NCBI GenBank assembly: GCA_964016885.1
Contig: OZ024750.1
Span: forward strand, 12,028,001 to 12,092,000
DNA: 64,000 nucleotides
Direction of reading: 5' to 3'
Origin: Eledone cirrhosa
Taxonomy: Eukaryota
In this document: piece by piece, positions 36,957-56,465 of the stretch
Layout of the letters: every line of letters begins with the position of its first letter
Numbering within the stretch: the stretch's first letter is position 1
The notes under the pieces: generated by a model
What the model was told of the DNA's origin: nothing
What the model saw: the letters and a program-made list of their open reading frames with translations, nothing else
Database searches by the model: none
Position numbers and translations under genes: made by a program

Positions 36957-38459
36957 AAGCACTGATGAATTATTTATGAATAATTCAAAAGCAATAATTC
37001 ACAAACAAAAAATTTATGTAAACATATTTCATTTATTTCATAGAATTCTTAAATGTTTTAATCAATATGACAGAAGTAGTCTCAACATAATATAAATGGC
37101 AGTCAAACACCAGACAAGTAATACAATCAACAAATGATGCAAATTTAAACAAGAGTTCATATTTTTCTGTTAAAAAAATATTCATGCTGTTCACTGCAAA
37201 AAATAAAATAAATCCATAGCTTATGAATTCATTTAAAAGTTAATGAAAAATATAAGCACATGTGAGTACTTTAAATTATATAAAAAATATTGTACAGTCA
37301 TTAATATGAATGAGTTCATATTTCCAACCTGTTTGTATGTGATATCATGCATATGTCTGTGTGTGTAACAAGATATTGTGAGCAGCAGTTTCAGTAAAAG
37401 CACAAGAGAGAAATCTTTAGTGCCAGCTAGCAGTCAAGCTAAAATTATAGATTTTAGACTGAGAAAATGTATGTTACAATTTTATACGATTTTATATAAT
37501 GTTAGTTACATTTTTATAAGATTTTATAAAAAGGATATTTTAACAAAAGCAATGGTAAGGAAGCATCCAGGCAAATATTTTAAATGACATTTTTTAAAAA
37601 CAAAAATGTCTTCTTTTCATTGTTGTGATAACATTTCCTGGAGACACAAACACACATTTTGACTAGGTTAAATTAGTTTACATCAAAATATAACTGTTGT
37701 TGCCATGTAAAATCAAAGCCAACATTTTTCAGGTTTGATCATGTATAAGGAAAACCATGGATTATATGACAGAAAATAAATATTTCTATGTATATATATA
37801 TATGTTGTTATTGTTATATCTCATATTTGGTCTTTGGAGTAATGTCACTTGATAGAGTGAATAGCTCAGAGATCAGAGAGTTGCTCCAGGTAGAGCTGCC
37901 ACTTCTCTGAATTGAGAGATCACAGCTCTGATATAATGGGCATGTGGTTAGAATGTCTCAGGAAAGAATAGCTGGACAAATTTGTAGCTTGGAGCTCAGA
38001 AAGTTGCTCCAGGTAGAGCTGCTACTTCTCTGAATTGAGACATAAAGGACATAGCTATATGCCACAAAACATGTCCGATACTCTACAAATACTGCCAATC
38101 CACTGCCCATAGCATTAAAATAATGAAAAAATTTTCCTTTAACCTTTTAGCATTTACATTACTCTATATTTACTATTGTATTTTCATGGTAAACACTGTA
38201 TCTCACATAATATCAAAATCTATGAGATTTTGATATTATTCATTCTGAGAACAATACCTTAACATAAGTATGAGCAGCCAGTTTGAACAGAGAGAGGTGA
38301 GAGAATTCTGGCTGGATACAGCTGGTTTAAATGTTATAGGGTTAAACATGATGCAAGTTTATCCTATTGAAAGATGTTTATCATTGACCCTATAATATAT
38401 GATATAGAATGATATACTTATGAATTTACTTGAGGTCTTCTGAGAATCTGGTGGTGTTA

Positions 38460-44899
<6,440 letters not shown>

Positions 44900-46197
44900 A
44901 TTGCAATGTTTCCAAGTTAACAGACAAACCAGTTAATGGCGTCTTCACTTTGAAATCTGTATTGTATGTAAACATATATTTTAATATAAATATTTTGTAG
45001 CCATGTTTCACATATATTTAAAATAACTGAACAAAAGTGAAGGAATTATTGGAAATAATGGTTTCTTATATAGGCACAAGGCCAGCAATCTTGGGGGAGG
45101 GGAAAGTTGATTAAATCGACCCCAGTGCGTGACTGGTACTTTATTTTATCGACGCTATAAGGATGAAAGGCAAAGTTAACCTTGGCGGGATTTAACTCAG
45201 ATCATAAAGGGACATAACTATTTGCTGCAAAGCATGGCATCTGACCATCTACCGATACCTGCCAATCACCGAATAATGATTAATAATTGTTTATAATCAT
45301 TAACCCTTTAGCATTTAAACCGGCCAATAGCCAGCCAGAATTATCTCACCTCTTTCTGATCAAACTGGCCATAACTGGCTGCTCATACTGACATTAAGGT
45401 ATTGTTCTCAAAATAAATAGCATCAAAATATCGTTGATTCGATATTATATGAGATAATTATGTAAGATAAATCTTTTACCACAAAAATACAATAGTATAT
45501 ATAGAGTGATAGAAATGCTAAAGAGTTAAACATAACTGAAACCCCAACCAATTTTATACAGAGCAACTATAGAATTGACTTGTCAAAGAATATGCTTTAT
45601 TTGAAAAGAAAAGATGGGGTTTGGGGGATTGCTAGTCACTTCTTTTTCATCTTTTGTCATAAAAGCTAAATTCAATTGCTTTACATTTTGGCTCCCTGTA
45701 CGTGCTGATGAAAAATATATTAATCACCAATTAATATCATTTTAACTTTATTTGTTCTTTCCTTAGATTATTTAAAAAATATAGAGTCTAAGCGATGGGT
45801 TTCTCTGAATGAATGAGGGTTCATGGGGCAGATGAGGACTCTGTAGACAAAAGAGAAGGCAACCTGTCCAGGAGAGGAGTAACTCCAAACACATGGCAAC
45901 CTCTCCTGTGCACTTAGTAAAACTGAGCTATCTATATTGTCAGCATATTTGTTTGGGGGAAAATGTGATTGAACTCCTGCAATACCATTGATTGAACTCC
46001 TGGGATACTCATCATCAAAACCAATAGAGATCCATTTCATTCTATTCCATTTAACCATTATAAATTCTACCAATCTCCTACAACAAGGCAGTTTATACAT
46101 GGTCGCTCGATTGTTAGAAATAGCAGCCAAATTTCACTCAAATCACATACTGCAGTCTTAAAAAAGGAAGGACACATTGGATAATGTAGTTACACTC

Positions 46198-46264
<67 letters not shown>

Positions 46265-46659
46265 AAAAAGACTGGATGGTTAACTCAACTATACTTTATC
46301 TACACACACAGACATCTACACACACACGCACACATACACATATTTACATTGACATCCATAATTAATAGCTAATGAACAATGCTGTACCTACCTGCAGTCT
46401 AGCAACAAAACCTGACCTGTCCAGGTGTGTTATGTAAGTGATTACATTCGACTTAATGAGGAAAATGTCGCTCCAGCAACCGACCAAACGTTTTAAGTTA
46501 CTTTTATTTTCCATTTCATAGTAGACTCACCATTGGCATGGTAATCATCATCATCATCATCATCATACGCCTGTCAATATCTTAATCAATAATTCTGTTG
46601 CTATCAACAAAAAGATTGATTGGTAGGAAGTGTCATTTCAAGATAATGTCTGCAGTTAT

Positions 46660-47008
46660 AATGCCTCCTCCTACTCCACCAGCTCCTCCTCCTCATACTG
46701 CTTCCATCCCTCTCTCTCCCCCTCTTTCTCCTCTTTTCTCTCTGCCCTTCTTTCCTCCCCCTCTCCCTTCCCCTCTTCTCTCTTCCCCTCTCTCTCTCCC
46801 CTCTTTCTTCCTTTTTTATCTCTCCCCTCTCTCTTTTACTATCTTTCTCTCTCTCCCTCTCTTTTTTTCTATCTATCTCTCCCCCCTCTATTTATCTCCC
46901 CCTCTATCTATCTATCTCTCCTCTCTTTCTATCTCCCCCTCTATCTATCTATCTATCTCCCCCCTCTATCTATCTATCTCTCCCCTCTATCTATCTCCCC
47001 CCCCCTCC
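46660..47008. repeat. Polypyrimidine (CT/CTAT-rich) low-complexity tract
   Basis: Almost purine-free plus strand (CCTCTCT, CTATCTAT). Confidence 0.9.
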
Positions 47009-47116
47009 GCGATACATCAGTTTTCATTACTACATTGCTGTTTATTGTGACAGTGTTCTTCTGTATTATTATGTTTAACTAATGTAAGTTTGACACTATT
47101 AACTCACCTTATATAT

Positions 47117-49276
47117 ATGGAGGCACATGGCTTAGTGGTTAGAGCATTGGTCTTGCATGGAGGCACATGGCTTAGTGGTTAGAGCATTGGTCTTGCATGG
47201 AGGCACATGGCTTAGTGGTTAGAGCATTGGCCTTGCATGGAGGCACATGGCTTAGTGGTTAGAGCATTGGCCTTGCATGGAGGCACATGGCTTAGTGGTT
47301 AGAGCATTGGTCTTGCATGGAGGCACATGGCTTAGTGGTTAGAGCATTGGTCTTGCATGGAGGCACATGGCTTAGTGGTTAGAGCATTGGCCTTGCATGG
47401 AGGCACATGGCTTAGTGGTTAGAGCATTGGCCTTGCATGGAGGCACATGGCTTAGTGGTTAGAGCATTGGCCTTGCATGGAGGCACATGGCTTAGTGGTT
47501 AGAGCATTGGCCTTGCATGGAGGCACATGGCTTAGTGGTTAGAGCATTGGCCTTGCATGGAGGCACATGGCTTAGTGGTTAGAGCATTGGTCTTGCATGG
47601 AGGCACATGGCTTAGTGGTTAGAGCATTGGCCTTGCATGGAGGCACATGGCTTAGTGGTTAGAGCATTGGCCTTGCATGGAGGCACATGGCTTAGTGGTT
47701 AGAGCATTGGTCTTGCATGGAGGCACATGGCTTAGTGGTTAGAGCATTGGCCTTGCATGGAGGCACATGGCTTAGTGGTTAGAGCATTGGCCTTGCATGG
47801 AGGCACATGGCTTAGTGGTTAGAGCATTGGCCTTGCATGGAGGCACATGGCTTAGTGGTTAGAGCATTGGCCTTGCATGGAGGCACATGGCTTAGTGGTT
47901 AGAGCATTGGCCTTGCATGGAGGCACATGGCTTAGTGGTTAGAGCATTGGCCTTGCATGGAGGCACATGGCTTAGTGGTTAGAGCATTGGCCTTGCATGG
48001 AGGCACATGGCTTAGTGGTTAGAGCATTGGTCTTGCATGGAGGCACATGGCTTAATGGTTAGAGCATTGGCCTTGCATGGAGGCACATGGCTTAGTGGTT
48101 AGAGCATTGGTCTTGCATGGAGGCACATGGCTTAGTGGTTAGAGCATTGGCCTTGCATGGAGGCACATGGCTTAGTGGTTAGAGCATTGGCCTTGCATGG
48201 AGGCACATGGCTTAGTGGTTAGAGCATTGGCCTTGCATGGAGGCACATGGCTTAGTGGTTAGAGCATTGGCCTTGCATGGAGGCACATGGCTTAGTGGTT
48301 AGAGCATTGGCCTTGCATGGAGGCACATGGCTTAGTGGTTAGAGCATTGGCCTTGCATGGAGGCACATGGCTTAGTGGTTAGAGCATTGGCCTTGCATGG
48401 AGGCACATGGCTTAGTGGTTAGAGCATTGGCCTTGCATGGAGGCACATGGCTTAGTGGTTAGAGCATTGGCCTTGCATGGAGGCACATGGCTTAGTGGTT
48501 AGAGCATTGGCCTTGCATGGAGGCACATGGCTTAGTGGTTAGAGCATTGGCCTTGCATGGAGGCACATGGCTTAGTGGTTAGAGCATTGGCCTTGCATGG
48601 AGGCACATGGCTTAGTGGTTAGAGCATTGGCCTTGCATGGAGGCACATGGCTTAGTGGTTAGAGCATTGGCCTTGCATGGAGGCACATGGCTTAGTGGTT
48701 AGAGCATTGGCCTTGCATGGAGGCACATGGCTTAGTGGTTAGAGCATTGGTCTTGCATGGAGGCACATGGCTTAGTGGTTAGAGCATTGGTCTTGCATGG
48801 AGGCACATGGCTTAGTGGTTAGAGCATTGGCCTTGCATGGAGGCACATGGCTTAGTGGTTAGAGCATTGGCCTTGCATGGAGGCACATGGCTTAGTGGTT
48901 AGAGCATTGGCCTTGCATGGAGGCACATGGCTTAGTGGTTAGAGCATTGGCCTTGCATGGAGGCACATGGCTTAGTGGTTAGAGCATTGGTCTTGCATGG
49001 AGGCACATGGCTTAGTGGTTAGAGCATTGGTCTTGCATGGAGGCACATGGCTTAGTGGTTAGAGCATTGGCCTTGCATGGAGGCACATGGCTTAGTGGTT
49101 AGAGCATTGGCCTTGCATGGAGGCACATGGCTTAGTGGTTAGAGCATTGGTCTTGCATGGAGGCACATGGCTTAGTGGTTAGAGCATTGGCCTTGCATGG
49201 AGGCACATGGCTTAGTGGTTAGAGCATTGGCCTTGCATGGAGGCACATGGCTTAGTGGTTAGAGCATTGGCCTTGC
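47117..49276 (+). repeat. 54 x 40-bp tandem array of the SINE family A tRNA head (Pol III A box)
   Basis: Unit ATGGAGGCACATGGCTTAGTGGTTAGAGCATTGG(C/T)CTTGC; 2160 bp equals exactly 54 units. The only differences seen are a C/T dimorphism and one G>A at 48056. The last unit runs directly into the rest of a SINE. Confidence 0.97.
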
Positions 49277-49615
49277 AATCAAAAGGTTGTGAGTTCAATT
49301 CTCAGACCAGGTGATGTGTTGTTTCCTTGAGCAAGACACTTTATTTCACATTGCTCCAGTTTACTCAGCTGTAGAAATGAGATGATAGGGACTGGGGTCC
49401 CTATCATTCCACTGCAAAGTGGACGTGGAGGTGCCATGGCAAAAAAGCACCCAGCCCACACTGTAAAGTGGACGTGGAGGTGCCACGAAAAAAAAGCACC
49501 CAGCACTCACTGTAAATGAGGTTGGTGTTAGGAAGGGCATCCAGCTGTAGAAATCAAGCTAGAATCAATTCCTGTCCCAGCCTTGCAAGCGTAAAATGAT
49601 GATGATGATGATGAT
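49237..49615 (+). mobile_element. SINE family A copy terminating the 40-bp array
   Basis: Near-identical to the copy at 20616-20955 (B box GAGTTCAATTC at ~49291; (ATG)n tail). Confidence 0.9.
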
Positions 49616-49825
49616 ATATATATATATATACATATAGATATATATGTATATACGTGTGTATATACATATATATATGTATATACATATATATATGTATATA
49701 CATATATATATCTATATACATATATATATGTATATATGTATATACATATATGTATATACATATATATATGTATATGTGTATATATGTATATATGTATATA
49801 TATACACATATACACACACATATAT
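49616..49825. repeat. (TA)/(TACA)-type microsatellite
   Basis: Alternating purine-pyrimidine run. Similar tracts at ~270-500, 11500-11660, 12480-12545, 16230-16272, 33652-33692 and 57750-57875. Confidence 0.9.
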
Positions 49826-49957
49826 ACAGAGAGGAATGGACGGCGTGCTGTGACCAGTGGCGTCGAATGGATGCCCGACAGACTGGTCGGTCAAGGTGAT
49901 CAAGGTGATATATATATATAGTCTGTATTATTACGTATTACTTATTATACTTACAGA

Positions 49958-50145
49958 GGGTGGTGAATTGGCAGTATCGGTAGAGTGTCGGACATGCTTT
50001 CCAGCATAGTTATGTCCCTTTACGATCTGAGTTCAAATCCCGCCGAGGTTAATTTTGCCTTTCATCCTTATGGGGTCGATAAAATAAAGTACCAGTAATA
50101 TACTGGAATAATTGCTGGCCTTGTGCCAAAAGTAGAAACAATTAT
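49958..50145 (+). mobile_element. tRNA-derived SINE, family B (Meta-domain-like)
   Basis: GGTGGTGAATTGGCAGTATCGGTAGAG...GAGTTCAAATCCCGCCGAGG...GCCTTTCATCCTTATGGGGTCGATAAAATAAAGTACCAG, which resembles the MetaSINE central domain. Other copies at ~5395-5495(+), 20070-20280(-), 20983-21100(+), 27365-27500(-), 29726-29912(+), 33050-33230(-), 40425-40620(-), 43890-44100(+), 45058-45270(-), 60040-60370(-) and 63462-63570(+). Confidence 0.8.
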
Positions 50146-51969
50146 TACGTATTACTTATTAGTTTCATTAAATTTTGTGCATAAAGAAAGGTGGGTTTTC
50201 TGCAGGAGATGTGTCACCTCCTTTGTGAGGTTTAATTGGGCAAGGTTAGCTTTTATCACTCGGATACACACATAAAAGTAAACATAAACCTGATAAGAGT
50301 TGAACTAAATATCTTCATAATATTTAGTTTTGTTCATTTACTCTTCTGGGTGGGTAGGGTGAGATAGAGACATGTACAATTTCAAGACCTATGCTAGTGT
50401 AGAAAATGGACGTTAAATGATGATGATGATGTACTGTGCAAAATATTCATTAACTTTTGTTTAGCTAATAAAAGGGTGGCTGGTACAGCAGGGTATTACT
50501 GACCATTCTCCACAGCAATGTTTTTGCCCTTTTATTTGCAGGGTGCAGCTATCAGCAGCACCCCAAACAGTTCCGGCTCCTCTACCGTTTGTTAGTGGTG
50601 CTGCAAGTGCTGCAGGTGTCGGCTTGGAGGGATGGGGGATGGGGCGTGGGGCACCAAGCGGCATCAGGGGTGGGTCACTGGCGTGCGTGGGTGGAAGGGA
50701 AAGGGCTGGTAAGAGGGCCTCATAGCTCACCTATATATATATATAAGGTGTCAGAAAACAAGAGAGAAAAGAAGGAGCTGCATGGAGGGGGACACACGGG
50801 AAGGTAGAATGTTAGTAAATGAACGAGTGAATGGGAACCTGTTGCTCACATACTTTCTTCCTTTCTTTTGTTGCTCAATTCACCCCTTTTTTTTCTTACT
50901 CTTTTTCTTATTTTACTCTCATTTTTTAAATTTTTGTTTGTTTTCCTGGTTACCATAAATATTATGATATTTTTTATTGCAATAACTTTTATCAACATTT
51001 ATAATTATAGATTGGGCTGATACTGAGCTGAATTGCAAAAGTTTCTTATCATCTCATCGTCCTTGATATATTATTCATCATGTAATGGGATTGATTGTCC
51101 ATTATGAAATATATAGAAATCAATAATATGCAGTAACACCTGCTTCAACCATACCAAAACTCAATTGCTCTAACAAAAGCAGTGATTTGGAAACAAATGA
51201 TTGCTTCCTGCTACATTACTTCTTATTTTAATATAGATTATGTTCATCTTATCTGGATTTCTGCGTAATACTTATTACTATATACACAGACTTGTTTAGA
51301 CTAATATCCTTATTTTGTAATATAGTTACATAATTTTAAACTTCTTCAGACATCAATCATATTAGGTAATGATCTGGGTATTTTGTTAGTCTATATATAT
51401 ATATATATATATAGTATTAAGGATACTATTTATGGTTATGTATATACTAAAACCTTTTATAGTTATATATATTTTAAACCCTAAATAGTGAAAGACAGTA
51501 ATTTATTACTACCTTATTACCAGTAAGATAAATAGCTCAATGTAACAACATCAGTTGTTTTACAGAGCAGTTATATAGAAATTACATGAATCAAAGTTCT
51601 GTTTGGAAGAAACAATTGTAAGCAAATAAATGATTTAAACAGAACTTTCATTCATGTAATTTCTATATATATATATATATAGATGTAATCCATGCAAGTC
51701 AGGTTGTCAAAGTTACATATGGATGCTGTCTGCGGATCCTAGCTGTGGATGCTACATGTATTTGAATGTTAAGAAAGAATATGTGATGTTAACCCATGTA
51801 GTGAATAAGGAAATCCTTATTTTTGTAGGAGTATGTGTTGTTAGAAGTGATAGAGAGAAGGTCATTAATATAGAATTAAAGGTGTGTGAACAACTTAATT
51901 AACTGTTGGGGTACACAAGGGCAGATAGTATGAGCTGGAAGCAATTCCATTGGTATATTCTGTAAAGTA

Positions 51970-54900
51970 ACAAACAAACAACTCTGGGAAACTAAACCAG
52001 AACAACCTGCCACCCTCTACACACCATCATAAACTGCGAGCAGGGTACAAATTGTTGTCCTTAAATGCTCGCAGTTTATGCAACAAGATACATCTGTTCG
52101 AATCCTACGTCAGAAGCATCGACCCTGACTTCATCACAGTCACGGAAACATGGGCACATTCCTTACTCTGTGATGGGGTTTTCACCATTACTGGGTACAA
52201 CCTTTTCCGCAAGGACCGCATTAACCGCCGTGGTGGTGGTGTGATGGTCTACGTTCGTTCAAACTTTTCGGTAATTCCTTGCGTTGATTTGAACGAATCA
52301 CAGGAAGAAGTTTTTTTCTGTGACATACGTATGACCATGTCAACACTTCTGCTTGGTGTTGTTTATCGCCCCCAAACTACCATCAGGACACACAGCTTTG
52401 CGATATCCTCAGAGTTGCTGCCAAGAAAACAGCCACTTATGTGTTTATTGCAGGTGACTTCAATCATCCTGAGATCGATTGGGAAACCTTTCGTTGGCCA
52501 CAGGGTGCAAACGATTTCCTTGAACTAGTGCTGGACTCAAACTAGTCACAAGTAGTCACCTCTCCGACCTGATCTTCACCACTACTCCTGAAGTGGTTAT
52601 CAGTTGTACTACTGAGGAACCTCTAGGCGACTCTGATCATGCTATGATCATTGCCAATCTGGCACTTGAGGGCAGCAACAAAAACCAGAGCCATCTCCAA
52701 TCTGCTTGCTTTGATTGGAAGAGGGCGGATTGGAACTTGTACTGCACTGAGCTACAGCGCCCAAACTGGCATGAGATGTATAACTCTGGAGATGTGAACT
52801 CTATACTCCAGAGCATCCTGGACTCAATATGGATAGCGTGTGCAGCATCAGTGCCACAGAAGCGGAAAAATAACCACCCCAAAAGTGCAATCTGGGAAAC
52901 TTCAGCGGTCCGACTTGCCAGGAAAGAACGTCGGAACGCTGAACGGGAATATAAACTGCATAGATCAGATGCCAACAGAAAAAAGCGGAACAAATCTTCT
53001 AACCATCTCAAGCAAGTGACAAAGAAGGCAGTGCTTGAATTTGAACAGTGCATCGCAACCAATCCTGACAGTAAGGTGTTCTGGAAATATGTTCATTCAA
53101 AGCAGAGACCTCACTCTCCAGTTGGTCCTCTTCGCAATCCCCACACAAGCCAGATCACTGACGATCCCAAGGAATGCGCAGAACTCATTGCTGAGTGCTA
53201 TGCAAGTATTTTTACTGTTGAAAACCAGAATGTACCATCTCCACCATCTCTAGCATCAAATTCCATAACAACTATGGAATTTACACCTGCAATGTTGCGA
53301 CATCACCTTAAGAATAAGCGCAACTATGCCTCCCCTGGTCTTGATGGTGTGACATACCTGCTTCTCAAACGTGGCGGGGATTTCCTTTTGCGCCAGCTTT
53401 CTTTTTTCTTTCAATACTGTCTCAGCAATGGTGCTACTCCGGAGCAGTGGAAAACTGCCAGTGTCATTCCCCTGTTCAAAAAGGGCAACCAGATGTCACC
53501 TGTCAACTATCGTCCAGTCAGTCTTACTAGCTGTATGGCCAAACTGATGGAATCCTGTGTCAGAGAAACACTTTGGAACTTCTGGAGCTCTCACAGCCTC
53601 ATCCGGCCCTCACAGTTTGGATTTATCCCTAACTCCAGCTGCTGTGATCAGCTTATCGAGTTCCTTGAGGACATCACCCGGATCACTGACAGCGGCTCAT
53701 GGGTGGATGTTGTTTACCTTGACTTTGCTAAGGCTTTTAATTCTGTGCCACACAAAAGACTTATGGCAAAACTCTCTGCAATGGGTGTGAGGGATGATCT
53801 TTTCGACTGGCTGAAATCCTTCATTCTCAGCCGAAAGGAAGTAGTCACGGTTCTAGGACAGCATTCTTCACCATATGAGATGTCATCTGGTGTATCACAG
53901 GGATCTGTTCTTGGTCCTCTTTTGTTTGTGGCATATATTAATGACATAGATGCCAACTTACAGAATGCCACGGTACTAAAATATGCAGATGACATCAAGC
54001 TGTACCTTGAAATCAAAAGGACTGATCCTGAAATTTACAACTCTTTCCTACAATCAGACCTGGACACAATGCAGCAATGGATCACAGACTGGCAACTGAA
54101 GCTGGCTGTGGACAAGTGTACCACCATGCATTTTGGAAGGAAAAATCCAGCGTCCACATACTCCCTCCACAACACTGACATCAAAAAGTCCTCTTGTGAA
54201 CGTGACCTGGGCATTACTGTCAGCAACGATTTGCGTTGGACAAAGCATGTCTGTAAGATTGTCAAGAAGGCCGAGGGTGTCTTGGCATCACTCAGCAAGA
54301 CCTTTGTTAGCCGCTCTCCAGCCATCTATTTAAAACTGTATACAACTATGGTGCGACCACACTTGGAATTCGCATCATCAGTCTGGAACCCCTATCTTGC
54401 TCGGAACATTGACCTCCTGGAAACTGTTCAGAGACGTGCAACCAAGCGCATACCCTCCATCAGACACCTACCATACTCTGAACGCCTTGCTTCCCTGGGC
54501 ATGGATTCATTGAAGCTCCGACGTCTGGCAATGGACTTGGTGAATACCCACAAAGTTTTTAACCATCTCGCCAACTGCAACCCTGAGCGCTTCTTTGATC
54601 TCCATGTGTCTAACACACGTGGACATGCCTACAAGATAAGAAAACAGCACAGCTCCCATGACTTTCGCAGACATTTTTTCACGCTCAGAGTTGCTGAAGC
54701 ATGGAATAAACTGCCTGCGTCAATTGTTAGCTGCCGAGACACTGCATCCTTTAAGACACTCATGCTTCCCGAAATACGCCAAAACTACACCTGATGTACC
54801 CCTTCCATACACATGCACACATGTGTGTATCATGACTCGTGCACTGTTCATTTTACTGATGTTTGTGCATTGCCCTATGTACTGTACATGCACTTTTTTG

Positions 54901-55088
54901 ATGAGTTGTGGTGCACCTGGGCACTGTACACAATATTTCATTATTGTTGTTGTTATTATATCATGACTCATACACTGTTCATTTTCCTGACATTTGTACA
55001 TTATTCTATGTACTATACATGCACCTTTGATGAGTTGTAGTGCACCTGAGCACTGTACACAATAATTTCATTATTATTATTATTATTA
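51970..55088 (+). mobile_element. 5'-truncated CR1-clade LINE (APE endonuclease + reverse transcriptase), endonuclease disrupted
   Basis: EN motifs LNARSLCNK, TETW, DR..RRGGGV, GVVYRP, AGDFNHP.IDW and PLGDSDH, with a frameshift near 52375 and in-frame TAG/TGA near 52543-52572. The 733-aa open frame 52593-54794 has NYRPVSLTS, YLDFAKAF, SGVSQGSVLGPLLF, KYADD, ERDLG, VRPHLE, NTRGH and WNKLP. The 3' UTR ends in (ATT)n. Confidence 0.93.
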
Positions 55089-56224
55089 AACAGTCTGACA
55101 GAAAAAGAATTTCCAATTCAAAACTTGAGTGGAACCCCCACGCAGTAAATTCAGCTAAAATATTTCTTAACCAACATTGTAGTGAAAGGCTTGACATGTT
55201 CTATAGCAACGGCCTTACTTTAAACAATGTTTTCAAAGGTGACAGACCATTAATATTATATAGATAAGCAAATCTACAGTTGATCTTGCTCTTTTGAAAT
55301 CTAAAACCTTTTCTGATAAAACAGAAAAGAAACAAAAAACACATTAATGAAATATAGTTTATTACTATACATATAAATTGCAGCAACATTGCAAATAAAT
55401 ATATAATATTATCTTTATTGTACACTGATTTATTTAGACTAGTGTTAACATGGCTGCTATTTTTCAGCCATTTTGGCCTTCTTTAGGTGGCTGTTGTACT
55501 TTGTAACATTTTCGGAAGTTCAAACTGAACCTTATATTCAGTCCACCATAATAGATTGATATAAAGCCTGTCACCTTCTCTTCTTCTCCCTCTCTTTCTG
55601 CTGTGGCCTAATAGTCCTTGCCCTTTCTACCCTTTTCTTCCCATTTATGGCATTTATAGTCCTTTCCTTTATTTTTCTATATAGCCAAATCTACACTTCT
55701 TTACCCCTTTCCCCCTCTATTTCATTATTTATATAATTAATCATGAAAACTTAATAAATAATTTAGATATAAAAACAATTGAACAATCTAGTTTCCCTCA
55801 ATTATCAAACTTATTTTGAAAGTGGAAAATTCTGTATATTTTAACAAATTCAGAAAACAACAATATATTAAAAATAAAACAATACTGAATAACCAGAAAT
55901 ATTTTAGATATTTATTTCCAAAGAAGAAATCAGTTTGAGACATTTCACCTCATTAGATGTATATGAGTAAAAAATATATATTAACATAATTTAACATAAT
56001 AATTTTTGTAAAAAAAATACAAATGTTTGTTTATATATAAAATTGAAATTTTGTTAATAATATTACATGAATACATGAATATTTATTGTATTCTATTTAA
56101 TGTTTATTTGTTTTGACTAGGGAAAATACACAAATATACATTTGATACTAATAATTGTTTCAACATTTGGTATAAGGCCAGCAATTTGAATGGAAGTGGG
56201 GAAAAAGTTGATTATCAACCCTAG

Positions 56225-56385
56225 TATGTTACTGGTACTTTATTTTATCCACCTCAGTGCATTAGTGGTACTTTATTTTATCAACCTCAGTGAGTACAGT
56301 ACTGGTACTTTATTTTATCCACCGCCGTGCGTTAGTGGTACTTTATTTTATCAACCCCAGTGCATCACTGGTACTTTATCAATAC
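56225..56385 (-). repeat. 5 tandem copies (33-37 bp) of a family B SINE segment
   Basis: TGGTACTTTATTTTATC at 56233, 56266, 56303, 56336 and 56369 (last copy partial). Confidence 0.8.
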
Positions 56386-56465
56386 CATAAGGATGAAAGG
56401 CAATGCTAACCTCAGAACATACAGAGCTACAACTATTAGATGTATATAAATGATTACTATTTAAG

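Noticed and set aside
36954-37002. CTGATGA-hairpin-CAAAAG motif resembling a second hammerhead
   Set aside because: The GAAA box and stem III are not intact and the AT-rich stem could arise by chance; no repeat context supports it.
37230-37426. Alternative hydrophobic last exon for the SRCR-ZP gene (AGTKDFSLVLLLKLLLTISC...)
   Set aside because: Its acceptor is weaker than the tttcatttcag site at 38519, which already gives an in-frame hydrophobic terminus and stop.
46598-47082. 150-aa Pro/Ser/Leu-rich ORFs (and TA-repeat ORFs at 264-512 and 49528-49921)
   Set aside because: They are translations of low-complexity CT or TA tracts, with no splice or domain support.
47117-49276. Possible CRISPR array or tandem tRNA gene cluster
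   Set aside because: Units are contiguous with no unique spacers, the context is eukaryotic, and each unit is only the 5' 40 nt of a SINE head without T arm or acceptor 3' strand.
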